Positions 16,220 to 17,690 of a stretch of 17,690 bases of DNA are shown piece by piece; position 1 is the first letter of the stretch; every line of letters begins with the position of its first letter. The stretch is from positions 1 through 17,690 of the forward strand of contig JBIKLL010000060.1 of assembly GCA_044359815.1 (NCBI GenBank), read 5' to 3'. The notes under the pieces were generated by a model that had not been told where the DNA came from, made no database searches, and was given only the letters and a program-made list of their open reading frames with translations. The position numbers and the translations under genes were made by a program. The DNA is from Pseudobdellovibrionaceae bacterium (GTDB lineage Bacteria; Bdellovibrionota; Bdellovibrionia; Bdellovibrionales; Bdellovibrionaceae).

Positions 16220-17371
16220 ATGAAAAAAATGATCGTTGTTATATCTCTGGTTATCACGAGCGCCTGCTCTAAAAGCAGTGACACGACTTCTGCTGCGGCC
16301 ACATTGGATACATCCATTACTGGTGTCATCTCCACCGCAACCGAAAAAATCACAGAGGGAATTCCAGGAGGAGATGTTTTGGCGTCTTCGGTTTCGACCT
16401 TAGGTGATATCGGTGCTGGCTATGGGAGCACAGATATTCAAATATTCGGATCTGGCTACTTCAACACTCCACAAACCTTCGTGCAATACTTGCTGAACAA
16501 AGCAGAAGATCTGGATCCAGGGGATGGAATGGGTTTGATCAATCGTTTTAAACAAAAGATTGTCAGCGGAATGTGTCCAATTATTGGACTGCATCCCGAT
16601 GCAAATTCAGATGGGATTCCCGACATTGGATCGGGTACCTTTGTTCTTCCTAACTTTTCGGACTCAACAGTTGCGGCTTCAATTGTTGCGAAATGTCCAG
16701 GAGCCAACGCAGCAAGCCTGAACGGCGCCTCAGGAGTAACAATCGGCTATGCGGTCACCGACGTCAGCGCTCTGGCGGGTTCAGAGTATTCCATTAAATC
16801 CGTGATCGATTTTGGTAATAATGGATCCACTGATAATATTCTTTATTACAAAGCGGATGGCAGTGTAATTCGCTTTGCATTTGTCGAGGTTGATACTTCT
16901 ATTATTGAGAGTGCTGCCTTATTTGAATTCGATGGAACTACATTAAGGTTTGATTTCCACGGCGGAGGGCAGGATGGCCACTATCGCATGCTGTATGACG
17001 GTTCAACTCGTGATATTTCACTTTATGGAATGGTGAAGAAAGATGCATCAAACAAGGTTTATATGTCGATGGTCGGAAATCGAAAAGAATCCCTAGCTGC
17101 TGTTACGTTGTCTGCCTTGAAAGCAAACGTAGCGGTTGTTTCAAATGGTCAAGCTTGCGTTACCGTCACTGGCGACACCTTTCCCTGGGACTCGAATTTC
17201 TCTTCGGGTGCCTGCGGAACTATTGTTGGATCTGATTTCGCCACCGCGCCGGCTGTTGCTGCACTTTCTGACGGATTTGATGGGTCATTGAATGTCAGTG
17301 TGTTTGATCACACGGATAAGATTCTTTTTTCGACACCAGCAACTGTGCTGACCAGCGCGATTATTCAGTAA
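16220..17371 (+). CDS. Hypothetical lipoprotein (383 aa)
   Basis: MKK + hydrophobic stretch + lipobox-like TSAC (Cys16), Ser/Thr-rich tether, beta-rich body; SD AGGGG. Confidence 0.85.
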   Translation: MKKMIVVISLVITSACSKSSDTTSAAATLDTSITGVISTATEKITEGIPGGDVLASSVSTLGDIGAGYGSTDIQIFGSGYFNTPQTFVQYLLNKAEDLDPGDGMGLINRFKQKIVSGMCPIIGLHPDANSDGIPDIGSGTFVLPNFSDSTVAASIVAKCPGANAASLNGASGVTIGYAVTDVSALAGSEYSIKSVIDFGNNGSTDNILYYKADGSVIRFAFVEVDTSIIESAALFEFDGTTLRFDFHGGGQDGHYRMLYDGSTRDISLYGMVKKDASNKVYMSMVGNRKESLAAVTLSALKANVAVVSNGQACVTVTGDTFPWDSNFSSGACGTIVGSDFATAPAVAALSDGFDGSLNVSVFDHTDKILFSTPATVLTSAIIQ

Positions 17372-17475
17372 TACTTTTCTATCGCAGTTTTCACAGGACT
17401 TTAAAAACAAATCCATGTATCAACAAGGCAAACTCGACATTTTTGAAAGCGGTGTTGCCATAGCGAAAGCCGTTT

Positions 17476-17589
17476 GGAGATCCGTCGCTGAGATTGAGGC
17501 GGCATTCCCCCCACCGAACGTTGCCGGCTCTGGAAGCGAAGTGAGCGTGAAGCGAACTTGAGCGAGAAGACCTATTCCCTCCACCGAGC
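17476..17589 (+). repeat. Two further tmRNA T-loop/acceptor fragments with an intervening module
   Basis: GCATTCCCCCCACC 17502-17515 (14/14 to 15964-15977); ATTCCCTCCACC 17574-17585 (11/12); TCGCTGAG 17485-17492 matches 15934-15941. Confidence 0.8.
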
Positions 17590-17608
17590 ATTAGAATTGG
17601 GAGTTAAA

Positions 17609-17690
17609 ATGAAATTGAACAAACACGATGAGCTACTTTTGCGTGATCTCAAATTTCAGCCAATTTGGCTGATGATATTTTATATTTTGA
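17609..17690 (+). CDS. 5' part of a hypothetical (possibly membrane) protein running off the window
   Basis: GGAG SD, ATG 17609, open to the window end: MKLNKHDELLLRDLKFQPIWLMIFYIL. Confidence 0.55.
   Translation, partial: MKLNKHDELLLRDLKFQPIWLMIFYIL

Noticed and set aside
36..16707. Other short overlapping or antisense ORFs in the track
   Set aside because: They are shadows of well-supported genes on the other strand or frame.
15795..17585. tmRNA-end repeats as a CRISPR array
   Set aside because: Spacing is irregular (171, 1538, 70 bp), the repeats derive from tmRNA, and there are no cas genes.

Overview
Chromosomal window from a Bdellovibrionales-like predatory bacterium. The taxon is inferred from ffs-dnaX-ybaB-recR-mglA without mglB, MglA with Ser21, a TIGR02147-family gene and a short tmRNA tag DNNYALAA. 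The core content is tRNA-Val(TAC), an alpha/beta hydrolase, a PilZ-like gene, corA, a PPTase-like gene, nadA, SRP RNA, srkA/rdoA and tmRNA. The most striking signal is non-coding. tRNA-Val and tmRNA, 13.6 kb apart, are followed by the same architecture. It consists of a terminator with an identical 14-nt core, an inverted copy of the host gene's own 3' end, then tandem copies of the T-loop/acceptor end separated by hairpin modules. The motifs of these modules are shared between the two loci (CTCG..CTCRCCC..GGG..ACGC..CGAAC and CCGGCTCTGG..GCGTGAWGCG..GAAGACC). At tmRNA these repeats bracket a lone lipoprotein gene and directly precede another gene, like a cassette array. Separately, a lone AAA+/DUF4143 ATPase-nuclease gene is inserted into the 3' end of mglA with a 39-bp duplication that restores the MglA C-terminus. 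No integrase or transposase is present in the window. All calls were made by eye, without database searches.
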